This document shows positions 52,783 through 64,000 of a stretch of DNA of 64,000 nucleotides, in pieces (within the stretch, counting starts at the first letter, position 1; each line of letters opens with the position of its first letter). The DNA comes from Eledone cirrhosa (Eukaryota): contig OZ024752.1 of NCBI GenBank assembly GCA_964016885.1, positions 7,564,001 to 7,628,000 on the forward strand. Reading direction: 5' to 3'. The notes beneath the pieces are model-generated. The model was not told the DNA's origin and made no database searches. It saw only the letters and a program-made list of their open reading frames with translations. Position numbers and translations under genes: made by a program.

Positions 52783-53458
52783 ACTAGTAGAAACCCCGTC
52801 AAAATAACGGTTTCTGGTCAAAATATTTAATGAAATTATAGATATATACACACACATATCTCTATATATTGACATACATACACACATATTTCTACATATA
52901 TTGACATACACACACACATATCTCTATATATACTGACATACACACATATATTAGTACGATGCCCGTGAAAATAACGGGTTTTCTCGTAAAAGATACTTAA
53001 TTAAATTATAAATATATATATATACACACACATATCTCTATTTATACTGACATACACACATATCTCTATATATACTGACACACACACATACACACATATC
53101 TCTATTTATACTGACATACACACATATCTCTATATATACTGACACACACACATACATACACTAGTACGATGCCCGTGAAAATAACGGGTTTTCTGGTAAA
53201 AGATATTTAATTAAATCATTATTTGCTCCCACAATCCTTGTATGTTTAGATCTTCTGTCACCTTATCTCTCTTATCTCTCTGACTAAGACAGTTTTTTAT
53301 TTCATATTTAAATCATTTACAATAATCTCCATTTATAATTTCACTAAATTACGATGGTTTTCTTCTATCTATTGCCTGTCTTTGGACTGCTGTTGTTAGT
53401 TCACCAAAATAGATCTGTTGGTAAATATATCTAAGTAGATAACTATAGGTAGTATAGA
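52783..53458 (-). mobile_element. Non-autonomous Helitron with three tandem 3' termini
   Basis: Minus strand cccgt-tattttc-acggg hairpin followed by CTAGT (53161; variants 52951, 52783); possible 5' end TCTATACTA at 53458. Confidence 0.6.
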
Positions 53459-53562
53459 CACATATAGGTGGGGTACCTTGATAGATATAGGTAGGGTACC
53501 TTGATAGATATAGGTGGGGTACCTTGATAGATATAGGCGATGGCATCTAGATAAACAGATAG

Positions 53563-53845
53563 GTATTTTCCAGAGTTATTAATATTAAAATACAAATATT
53601 AATAAAATAGATGTTCTTTTGATCAGTTACATTTTATTATACATATTTCAGAGGTACAACAGTACGTCCTCATCAGACAAAATATATTGAAATATGTATA
53701 ATAAAATGTAATTGATCAAAAGAACATCTATTTTATTAATATTTGTATTTTAATATTAATAACTCTGGAAAATACTTTCAGTAGAGTGCTTCCAATCTAC
53801 TGTAAAACTCATTCTTTGATGTACTCATTGAATCTTGTTTAACTC

Positions 53846-53850
<5 letters not shown>
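53563..53850 (+). mobile_element. Fold-back PLE-like element (family C) with HHR at 53631-53683(-)
   Basis: Arms 53563-53650 and 53688-53775; tail contains gagtgctt. Confidence 0.8.
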
Positions 53851-53918
<68 letters not shown>

Positions 53919-54033
53919 TTGTGTAACTACAGTTACAGGCCGCGCGCCCTTCGAAGCACTCAATGCTGTTATGAGGTCCGTCTCCCGTGAGTTGTCTTCC
54001 AGAGTTAAAAAATGTCTTTGCACATATAAACTC

Positions 54034-54123
54034 GCATATCTGACGAGATGTCGGAAAAGAGTTTGACACCCGTCATTTTGAATGTATTCTGAGCTGATCG
54101 ATATCGAAACAATTGTAATATAC
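54034..54123 (+). ncRNA. Hammerhead with long stem II (family G)
   Basis: gcatat-CTGACGA-gatgtcg...cgatatc-GAAACAATTGTA-atatac. Confidence 0.75.
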
Positions 54124-55336
54124 CAATATAGTTTGTACATATGCTGCCTCCGATTCCACTTGATCTATATATATAATGTATATATAATGTATATATAATT
54201 TAAAATGGGACTAAGGCAGTGAGTCAAACCACGTCTGTATACATCACAGCACCCTCGTAGACTGGGACTTTGAAGTATAATACTAGATTGGTATATAGCA
54301 CCTTTTAGCAATATTAACCATTTTGATATCTGGTGTTAGAATACAGACACCTTTTAAGGTGTTTATATTAAAACCTACCATCATAATTTGATGTAACAAC
54401 CTTGAAGTTATCTTTCAAACATTAACTTAATAACAAACAATGTAGTTATATTACTAAATTCCTCCAAATTCTTGATTATTGTCAAAAATATTTCAAAACC
54501 GTTGGCAGTGACTTTCATTATAAATATCATCATATAACTTATATATTTTCCATGCTTCCATGGGTTAGACCGGCTAGGTGACCACGTTTAGCTCATATGT
54601 TCCATTTTTAGCATGGGTTCTACAGCTGGATGTCCGCCCTAATGCCAACTATTGTGTACTGGCGGCATTCTATTGTGGCGCCAATATTATCTAATGGAAG
54701 CGACTGGGTGCTTTTAGTTGCGTGGTTTAATGTTTAAAGTGCAAGGTCGTGAGTTTGATTCCTGGTACACTATATATATATATAGGAACGAGTAGGACCC
54801 CGACGGCTGAGCTCAAGCCGTTTCGACGGCTAATTCTGGACCAATATAGTTTGTACCGTCGAAACGGCTTGAGCTCAGCCGTCGGGGTCCTACTCGTTCC
54901 TATTACCCACTCTACTACCCTAAGTATTGAGTACTTTGGTGCGTTATGGTCCACCTGGTTCCTTACCACATTTCCTCCGTTATATATATATATAAATGAA
55001 GTATTTCCGTAGGAAAGGAAAAGAGTGCTCTATGTAGGCTACAGAGCTTTTTAGTTAAAAGAAAAATATATATGTATATATATATATACATATACAGAAA
55101 AAATATTTATTAATAAATATTTTTTCTCATGAATGAAGACAGACATAAGTATGTCTTCAAGAAACCATCGGTAAATGAAATAATTATCTTATGTTGTTTA
55201 TTACATAACTATATATATATATATATAGTTATGTATACATACAGCTAAAATCCGTTATAAGGAATACCATTATAACGAATTTTTCAGTATAACAACATTT
55301 TTTCAATCCCCGACCACACGCTCGATGTGTTAGGTC

Positions 55337-55455
55337 CCTATATACAGTGTTAAGGTTCCCTATATACAGTGTTAAGGTTCCCTATATACAGTGTTAGGGT
55401 TCCCTATAGACACAGTGTAGGGGTTCCCTATAGATATTAGTGTTAGGGTTTCCCC
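55337..55455. repeat. 22-bp tandem repeat, ~5 copies
   Basis: Unit cctatatacagtgttaaggttc. Confidence 0.85.
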
Positions 55456-55639
55456 ATTAGGTTCTGCGTATGTATGTATTTGGGGTCCTACTGATGTGAA
55501 TCTGACCAGATTTAGCCCCCAATTCTGTAAAGGAAGCTCCTTAACTGGTCAGTCAACATCGTAGTAGTATAAATAAATGTCCTGCATTGGTGATGGTTGA
55601 GAGGGGGTGGGGGTGCTGTTATCACCTCCATCTTCCTCA

Positions 55640-55699
<60 letters not shown>

Positions 55700-55731
55700 A
55701 ATGTGTGTGTATATATATATATATATATGTG

Positions 55732-55772
<41 letters not shown>

Positions 55773-55986
55773 TTTATTTAATTATGTCTCATATAAAATA
55801 ATACAGCCGACTTTCCACACAATACAATATAGTTAGCACCCCAAACGTATAATTGGGAATATACTTAGGTATTTCCTAATGTTTGTTGAGTGAGATGGAA
55901 GTTGGTCAGAGTATCGCTAATAGCTTTCTCTGTTAATGTATTAAATATATATCGTCTGCCTCTCTATTTTGTTCCCGTTCCATTTT

Positions 55987-56025
<39 letters not shown>

Positions 56026-57097
56026 TTTGGGATTAACGTAATTTGTTAGTTATTTACATGTTTTATTGACAAGAATTGCTGGTGTTATTTCAGGAGTTGT
56101 TTCTCCAGTTTAACAACTGTAGATATTGACTTATGTAAATATTTAAAGCTATCTCCATTAATTACCCCAAATATTCTGCAGTGAAATAACGATCTCCTCG
56201 TCTTATTTAAATGATGTACAACCTATGATGTCTCTTGTTTATATATTGCTGTGTGAAGGGAGGTATATTTAATTTGACCTGTGAAGATATGATCACACCC
56301 TCTCCCTGCCTCACCTCCTTGGCTCTCACATATATTGTTATATTTGGGGAGGGTCATATTGTTATGATATTGCCAAACAATATATAATAAAACACTCTCA
56401 CTGTTTGGTTTGGGTTGGTTTTCACTTGATGTCACAGGTGTGAGACGAAAGAACTCTGAGAGATATTTATACCTATATTTTTAATTGTTGGTCAATTAAT
56501 GATAAATATTGATTGCCAGCTAAATTAATTGTAGAAATATAAAATATACTGAAGCGAAAACCAACCCAAACCAAACTGAGTGTGATTTATTATATATTTC
56601 TGGCAATATAACAATATGAGCCTCCCCAAATATAACAATACTTGTTTCAACACACGATTTCGTATAAAAAGACCTTGCAAAACATATATATATATATATG
56701 AGAAAATGTTCAAGAAGACCCCGACGGCAGAGCTCAAACCGTTTCGACGGCTATTTCAGTTCAGAAATGAGGTCTTGAACATTATCCTATTACCCACTCT
56801 ACTAGCCTAAGTATTGAGTACTCTGGTGCGTTATGGTCCACCTGGTTCCTTACCACACTTCCTTCGTTATATAATTTTCGATTTTTTTTCAACTGAAATC
56901 AGGACAGTCGGTTTTATTTTTCCTTCTTCTTTCGAGTTATCGAGATATAATATAATGTTATATCTAATTGTCTCTGAACATTTTTGGCCTTGATTCCAGT
57001 GTAAGAAATTATTATTCATTTATTGTAAGTAATTTTGATAATTTGTCAATAACTGTCAACACATTTTTGAAAAACTAGGCTTAATAACTAACGGACT

Positions 57098-57245
57098 TCT
57101 GTGAAGATAGTATGGTGAAGATAGTACTGTGAAGATAGTATGGTGAAGATAGTACTGTGAAGATAGTACTGTGAAGATAGTACTGTGAAGATAGTACTGT
57201 GAAGATAGTACTGTGAAGATAGTACTGTGAAGATAGTACTGTGAA
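57098..57245. repeat. 14-bp tandem repeat, ~10 copies
   Basis: Unit ctgtgaagatagta. Confidence 0.9.
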
Positions 57246-58127
57246 ACCAGCCTCTGATTGGCTTCTATTTCAACTATATGTACACAATAATTTCATTATT
57301 ATTATTTTATATGGTGGTAACCCTTGCCATTCTGAGTTCAAATCCCGCCGAGGTTAACTTTGCCTTTCATCCTTACGGGGTCGATAAAATAAAGTACCAG
57401 TAACGCACTGATAATTACTGGCCTTGTGCCTAACGTAGAAACAATTATTTTATATGGTAGTGAATTGGCAGATAAGAATGTTTTGTAGTATTCATTCCAG
57501 CTTTCTTCTCTCTCAGGTCAAATCCTGCCGAGGTCAACTTTGGGTCGATAAAAAAGTACCAGTCTTGGCGTTCTAACCACTCTGCCAATTTGCTGCCTAC
57601 TTGTTATATTGAGAGCTCAATAAAATAAGTTGAAAGGTTTCTAGAAATATTCTTAATTTTCCTCTAGGCAAACATATATTTTTTAGATGGCTAAATGTGA
57701 ATTGAGGGAGATTTGTCTGCTATTTCTAGCAGGTTCCCTGGTAACATATCTGTCTCCACAACCTTAGGTATTGGTTATTAAGTGAAAGTTCTTTAAATAA
57801 CAATCAGACCAAGATTTTCATCTTAGTTCACCAGAACTATTAAAATTATTTCTTATTAGTTAAAACAATGATTTGTGTGATGTCATTTAATTATTTAATA
57901 AACAACATAAGATGTGTCACTCAATATTTTCATTTTACAGTAAAAAATTCAACATATTTTCCTCCTGACAATTTCCTCGCATCTTTAAATGATTCCATTC
58001 TTGGTTAGTATTTGTGGACTTTGATTCTTCCACAGGAAATTCCATGAATATTTCTGCTCATAAAATCAATAAATCCACATGTTTCTCTTATGATTGTGTA
58101 ACATGTCGACATTGTTGATACATACAT

Positions 58128-58275
58128 ACCATATCTTAATATATACTACATATATACACCATATCTTAATATATACTACATACATACACACCATATCTTA
58201 ATATATACTACATATATACACCATATCTTAATATATACTACATATATACACCATATCTTAATATATACTACATAT
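58128..58275. repeat. 30-bp tandem repeat, ~5 copies
   Basis: Unit acaccatatcttaatatatactacatatat. Confidence 0.9.
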
Positions 58276-59097
58276 TGTACGATTTAGTAATGTTTTAATA
58301 ACGACGACAGTGAAAGTGTGTACAGTGCTCAGGTGCACTACCATTAAAATATTTTTACAGCTTATAAATTTGGTTTTACCCTTTTTTGTATAGTTTTATA
58401 AAATATTGATTCTCTCTCCCACTCATCACTTCTCCCTCTCTCTCACATTGCTCTCCCTCTCTCTCTCCCTCTGACATTGCTCTCCCTCTCTCTCCCTCTG
58501 ACATTGTTTCTCTCTCCCTCCCCCTCTCTCTTACATTGCTCTCCTCCTCTCTCTTACATTGCTCTCCTCCTCTCTCTCACATTGCTCTCCTCCTCTCTCT
58601 CACATTGCTCTCCCCCTCTCTCTTTGACATTGCTCCCCCCTCTCTCTCTCTCTTTGACATTGCTCTCCCTCCCCTCTCTGACATTGCTCTCCCTCCCCTC
58701 TCTGACATTGCTTCTCCCTTTCCCTCTCTCCATGACATTCCAATCTATCCATACTAAGGAATTCCCAAAGTTTGACTCACACAACACCCTGCATCATTAC
58801 GTCTCTCCACCAGCTGCAACACCCTGCAACACATTGCTCTATGCCAAGATTTACTTTGTGTACATCAAGTCTAAAGTCTGTCTTAAACCAGAAGGGTCAT
58901 TTGGCCGGTGCTTATCCTGGTTTCATGGCCTGAAGCGACTGAGAGTACAAGACTCCTCCTGGACAGGACACCAGTCCATCGCAAGGTTAAACCCCCAGCT
59001 ATTGCTGGTACTCATTTTCAGCTGAGTATACTGGAGCAACGTGAAATGAAGTGTTTTGCTCAAGAACACAACACGCAACCCAGGAATCAAACCCATG

Positions 59098-59340
59098 ACA
59101 TTATGGTCATAAGTCCAACACTGTCACCACCAGGCCACATGTCTCCACCCCACCACATTATGGTCATAAGTCCAACACTGTCACCACCAGGCCACATGTC
59201 TCCACCCCACCTCATTATGGTCATAAGTCCAACACTGTCACCACCAGGCCACATGTCTCCACCCCACCACATTATGATCATAAGTCTAACACTGTCACCA
59301 CTAGGCCACATACCTCCACCCCACCACCAGGCCACATACC
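59098..59340. repeat. 57-bp tandem repeat, ~4 copies, from a SINE tRNA head
   Basis: Unit cattatggtcataagtccaacactgtcaccaccaggccacatgtctccaccccacca, continuous with the SINE at 58860-59130. Confidence 0.85.
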
Positions 59341-59516
59341 TCCATGTACATCATATGACTTGTACCTATTCTTCTTTTATATGTCCAGCAAGTTATACAA
59401 AACTACTTCCCTGATGGGATCAGGGTCCAGTCTTCTTTCCTACTAAAACTGTGGTTTTTAATAAACCAGTAAGTAAAGGGTTAAATAAGCCAGTCATTGT
59501 TAAACTAAGTTATATA

Positions 59517-61788
59517 CTACATTGACATAGCTAGTGTTGTCTCTATAAAACATGTGTGGATGGTATATAATACATTGACATAGCTAGTGTTGTCTCTATA
59601 AAAGGTGTGTGGATGGTATATAATACATTGACATAGCTAGTGTTGTCTCTATAAAACATGTGTGGATGGTATATAATACATTGACATAGCTAGTGTTGTC
59701 TCTATAAAAGATGTGTGGATGGTATATAATACATTGACATAGCTAGTGTTGTCTCTATAAAACATGTGTGGATGGTATATAATACATAGACATAGCTAGT
59801 GTTGTCTCTATAAAAGGTGTGTGGATGGTATATAATACATTGACATAGCTAGTGTTGTCTCTATAAAACATGTGTGGATGGTATATAATACATTGACATA
59901 GCTAGTGTTGTCTCTATAAAAGATGTGTGGATGGTATATAATACATTGACATAGCTAGTGTTGTCTCTATAAAAGATGTGTGGATGGTATATAATACATT
60001 GACATAGCTAGTGTTGTCTCTATAAAACATGTGTGGATGGTATATAATACATTGACATAGCTAGTGTTGTCTCTATAAAACATGTGTGGATGGTATATAA
60101 TACATAGACATAGCTAGTGTTGTCTCTATAAAACATGTGTGGATGGTATATAATACATAGACATAGCTAGTGTTGTCTCTATAAAACATGTGTGGATGGT
60201 ATATAATACATTGACATAGCTAGTGTTGTCTCTATAAAACATGTGTGGATGGTATATAATACATTGACATAGCTAGTGTTGTCTCTATAAAACATGTGTG
60301 GATGGTATATAATACATAGACATAGCTAGTGTTGTCTCTATAAAACATGTGTGGATGGTATATAATACATAGACATAGCTAGTGTTGTCTCTATAAAACA
60401 TGTGTGGATGGTATATAATACATTGACATAGCTAGTGTTGTCTCTATAAAACATGTGTGGATGGTATATAATACATTGACATAGCTAGTGTTGTCTCTAT
60501 AAAAGATGTGTGGATGGTATATAATACATTGACATAGCTAGTGTTGTCTCTATAAAAGGTGTGTGGATGGTATATAATACATTGACATAGCTAGTGTTGT
60601 CTCTATAAAAGATGTGTGGATGGTATATAATACATTGACATAGCTAGTGTTGTCTCTATAAAAGATGTGTGGATGGTATATAATACATTGACATAGCTAG
60701 TGTTGTCTCTATAAAACATGTGTGGATGGTATATAATACATTGACATAGCTAGTGTTGTCTCTATAAAACATGTGTGGATGGTATATAATACATTGACAT
60801 AGCTAGTGTTGTCTCTATAAAACATGTGTGGATGGTATATAATACATAGACATAGCTAGTGTTGTCTCTATAAAACATGTGTGGATGGTATATAATACAT
60901 TGACATAGCTAGTGTTGTCTCTATAAAACATGTGTGGATGGTATATAATACATTGACATAGCTAGTGTTGTCTCTATAAAAGATGTGTGGATGGTATATA
61001 ATACATTGACATAGCTAGTGTTGTCTCTATAAAAGGTGTGTGGATGGTATATAATACATTGACATAGCTAGTGTTGTCTCTATAAAACATGTGTGGATGG
61101 TATATAATACATTGACATAGCTAGTGTTGTCTCTATAAAAGATGTGTGGATGGTATATAATACATTGACATAGCTAGTGTTGTCTCTATAAAACATGTGT
61201 GGATGGTATATAATACATTGACATAGCTAGTGTTGTCTCTATAAAACATGTGTGGATGGTATATAATACATTGACATAGCTAGTGTTGTCTCTATAAAAC
61301 ATGTGTGGATGGTATATAATACATAGACATAGCTAGTGTTGTCTCTATAAAACATGTGTGGATGGTATATAATACATAGACATAGCTAGTGTTGTCTCTA
61401 TAAAACATGTGTGGATGGTATATAATACATTGACATAGCTAGTGTTGTCTCTATAAAACATGTGTGGATGGTATATAATACATTGACATAGCTAGTGTTG
61501 TCTCTATAAAAGATGTGTGGATGGTATATAATACATTGACATAGCTAGTGTTGTCTCTATAAAACATGTGTGGATGGTATATAATACATTGACATAGCTA
61601 GTGTTGTCTCTATAAAAGATGTGTGGATGGTATATAATACATTGACATAGCTAGTGTTGTCTCTATAAAACATGTGTGGATGGTATATAATACATTGACA
61701 TAGCTAGTGTTGTCTCTATAAAACATGTGTGGATGGTATATAATACATTGACATAGCTAGTGTTGTCTCTATAAAACATGTGGATGGC
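59517..61788. repeat. 53-bp satellite array, ~43 highly homogeneous copies
   Basis: Unit tacattgacatagctagtgttgtctctataaaacatgtgtggatggtatataa. Confidence 0.97.
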
Positions 61789-62529
61789 TCATCTCTGTTA
61801 TTTCAATAAAGAATCTAAAAATATTTCACTGAATTAATGTCTGTCTGTATCTGTCTGTGTGTATGTCTGTCTGTCTATCTGTGTATGTCTGTGTCTGTCT
61901 GTATCTGTGTATGTCTGTATCTGTGTATGTCTGTATCTGTGTATGTATGTCTGTATCTGTATGTCTGTGTCTGTGTATGTCTCTCTCTGTATGTCTGTAT
62001 GTATCTGTGTGTCTGTGTCTGTCTGTCTGTATGTCTCTGTGTCTGTCTGTCTGTCTATCAATGTGTCTTTTTTAAAGACAGTAACGTGAGGTTAAAGGGA
62101 AATGTTGCTGCTATTACTAGCAGACTGTGCAACCATGTGAAAGGCTTCCTCAACTTCAAAAGTCACATTGGATAATGTGGTCCTGAGTTCTTTTGCACCT
62201 AGGACAAAAGACTAGATGGTCACAGCTGGAATGTCTCCAATCACTGACCTACTCAGTGTTAACCTGGGGCTAAACAACAACTTGAAGCATGACTTAAATG
62301 TTTCTTCTTTTGATAGTTATCCTTGATAGACTTGTATCCAACTTGGGCTGTATATATATATTTAGGGTGTGTTCCCTAACACTTCTCTTTCAATATACAT
62401 CTGCACTGATATTAAACATAATCTGGATGTTTTATATTCAAGGCCTACAATAGCACTCACTTAATGTAATCTTTATTTTAAAGTTGCCATATTGATTTCA
62501 TAACAAATAACAGATGGTCTGTTTATATA

Positions 62530-62580
<51 letters not shown>

Positions 62581-62589
62581 ATATATAAG

Positions 62590-64000
62590 CTCCTTGGCTA
62601 GCGGTGTACTACCCAGGGAGCTGAAAGAAGGCACAATATGCCCTATCCATAAAGGAGGTAGTAGAGCGGAGGCCAAGAACTATAGGCCAGTCTCCCTGAC
62701 GTCGCATATCAGTAAGGTCATGGAGCGAGTCGTCAGAAAGAAACTAATCACTTTCCTCGAGGAAAATGACCGCCTGACTAGCACGCAACATGGCTTCCGC
62801 CCAGGAAGAAGCTGCCTTACACAGCTGCTACATCACTACGACTGGGTACTGAGACAACTACTAGACAGCTTACATGTAGACGTGATATATCTTGACTTTG
62901 CGAAGGCCTTTGACAAGGTCGACCACGGAATGATATGTCACAAACTACACGGACTCGGCATAACTGGAAAAGTAGGTGAGTGGCTGCATGGCTTCCTAAG
63001 GGACAGAAGCCAGGCAGTCGCAGCAAATGGGGCCCTCTCGAGGGAAACACCGATAACAAGTGGGGTGCTCCAGGGGACAGTCCTGGGACCACTACTGTTT
63101 TTGGTGGCTCTCTCGGACATGCCCTCTGTGGTGCATGCAACAACATCCCTCACTAGCTATGCTGATGACACTAAGGTAGCACAGGCAATCAAAAACCCGG
63201 CTGACGCTGCCCTCTTACAGCAGGATCTGGATGCCATATACAGATGGGCGGAAGAAAACAACATGCAGTTTAATGCTGGCAAATTCCAAGCCCTACAATA
63301 CAAACCTGCAAACACAAACACAAATATAGCGGAACACAGCTACACAGGACCAGGAGGGACCGATATCCCCGTGTCAAAATCGATACGAAACCTGGGCATA
63401 GACATGAGCGATGATGCATCTTTTTCTTCACACATCATGAAGGTGGCGACAACATGTAGACGATTCGCTGGCTGGATCTTGAGGACTTTCCTTACAAGAG
63501 ATTGAGACACCATGTTGACACTGTGGAGGACTTTTGTCCTAAGCCGCCTGGACTACTGCTCCCAGCTGTGGTCACCCCATAGTGTCAAACTAACCACGGA
63601 GCTTGAGGCAATCCAGCGAAGCTACACCAAGAGGATTGCCAAGATGAGGGAGACAAGCTACTGGGAGAGGCTAAAGGAACTGAACCTCTACTCCTTGGAG
63701 CGAAGACGGGAGAGATACGCAGTGATCTACATGTGGAAAGTCCTGGAGGGACTAGCACCAAACTTTGGCATTGGGAGCTGGACCAACCGTCGAACAGGAC
63801 GTCACTGTGTGGTGCCAAAGGTCCCGTCTTCCACATCTAGAATAAGGAGCAGGTATTGCAAAGCCTGGGATTCAAGGGCCCTCAACTCTTCAACAGGCTG
63901 CCGAGGCATCTGCGAGACTTGCATGACGTGGAGGTGGATGTCTTTAAGAAACATCTCGACACCTTGTTATCCAGGATCCCGGATGAGCCCACAGCAAGAC
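62590..64000 (+). mobile_element. 5'-truncated CR1-clade LINE RT with an in-frame stop at 63503-63505; runs off window
   Basis: NYRPVSLTS, QHGFRPGRSCLTQLL, YLDFAKAFDKVDH, QGTVLGPLLF, YADD; homology continues past the stop. Confidence 0.9.

Larger units (their letters stand above)
47742..59468 (+). other. Tentative plus-strand exon chain (47742-47827, 51416-51432, 57941-58003, 59389/59393-59468)
   Basis: GT-AG boundaries with compatible phases; no recognisable protein. Confidence 0.25.

Noticed and set aside
55120-55180. Possible decayed hammerhead ending GAAAccatcggTA
   Set aside because: 5' core unrecognisable
56088-56278. Two candidate minus-strand exons ending ...KLEKQLLK* with a nearby AATAAA
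   Set aside because: Needs a 47-nt intron with a weak donor; no recognisable protein
59517-61788. CRISPR-like appearance of this and other regular arrays
   Set aside because: Head-to-tail units with no unique spacers, no cas genes, eukaryotic context
3648-62175. Numerous YI/CV/HT/LS-rich ORFs
   Set aside because: Dinucleotide microsatellite translations

Overview
AT-rich, microsatellite-dense eukaryotic DNA. The SINE/LINE complement and pervasive (TA)n/(CAT)n tracts suggest an octopod cephalopod (inference). Nearly all ORF-track entries are artefacts of simple or tandem repeats. Real content: (1) RTE-clade and CR1-clade LINE copies, a mariner fragment, MITEs, Helitron ends, tRNA-derived SINEs and many minisatellites, several traceable to their parent element. 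(2) About 20 short insertions anchored in (TA)n tracts, clustered at ~1.8-9.3 kb and ~48-57 kb. Many are fold-back palindromes, and they carry about 18 type I hammerhead ribozyme motifs from roughly 8 sequence families. Most have a palindromic stem III and several families share a downstream ACTC...GAGTGCT hairpin, the signature of non-autonomous Penelope-like (PLE) elements or retrozymes. (3) A spliced minus-strand gene at ~40.4-39.6 kb encoding a 176-aa basic protein with a histone-H3-tail-like N-terminus (MPRIKTTARK) and four 21-aa helical repeats. Its exon ends TAA-AC-ATG|GTGAGT, and a separate small spliced 53-aa ORF at 28.1-28.3 kb could use that ATG, giving a possible bicistronic or alternative-promoter arrangement. 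All calls are by eye; no database searches or folding were run.
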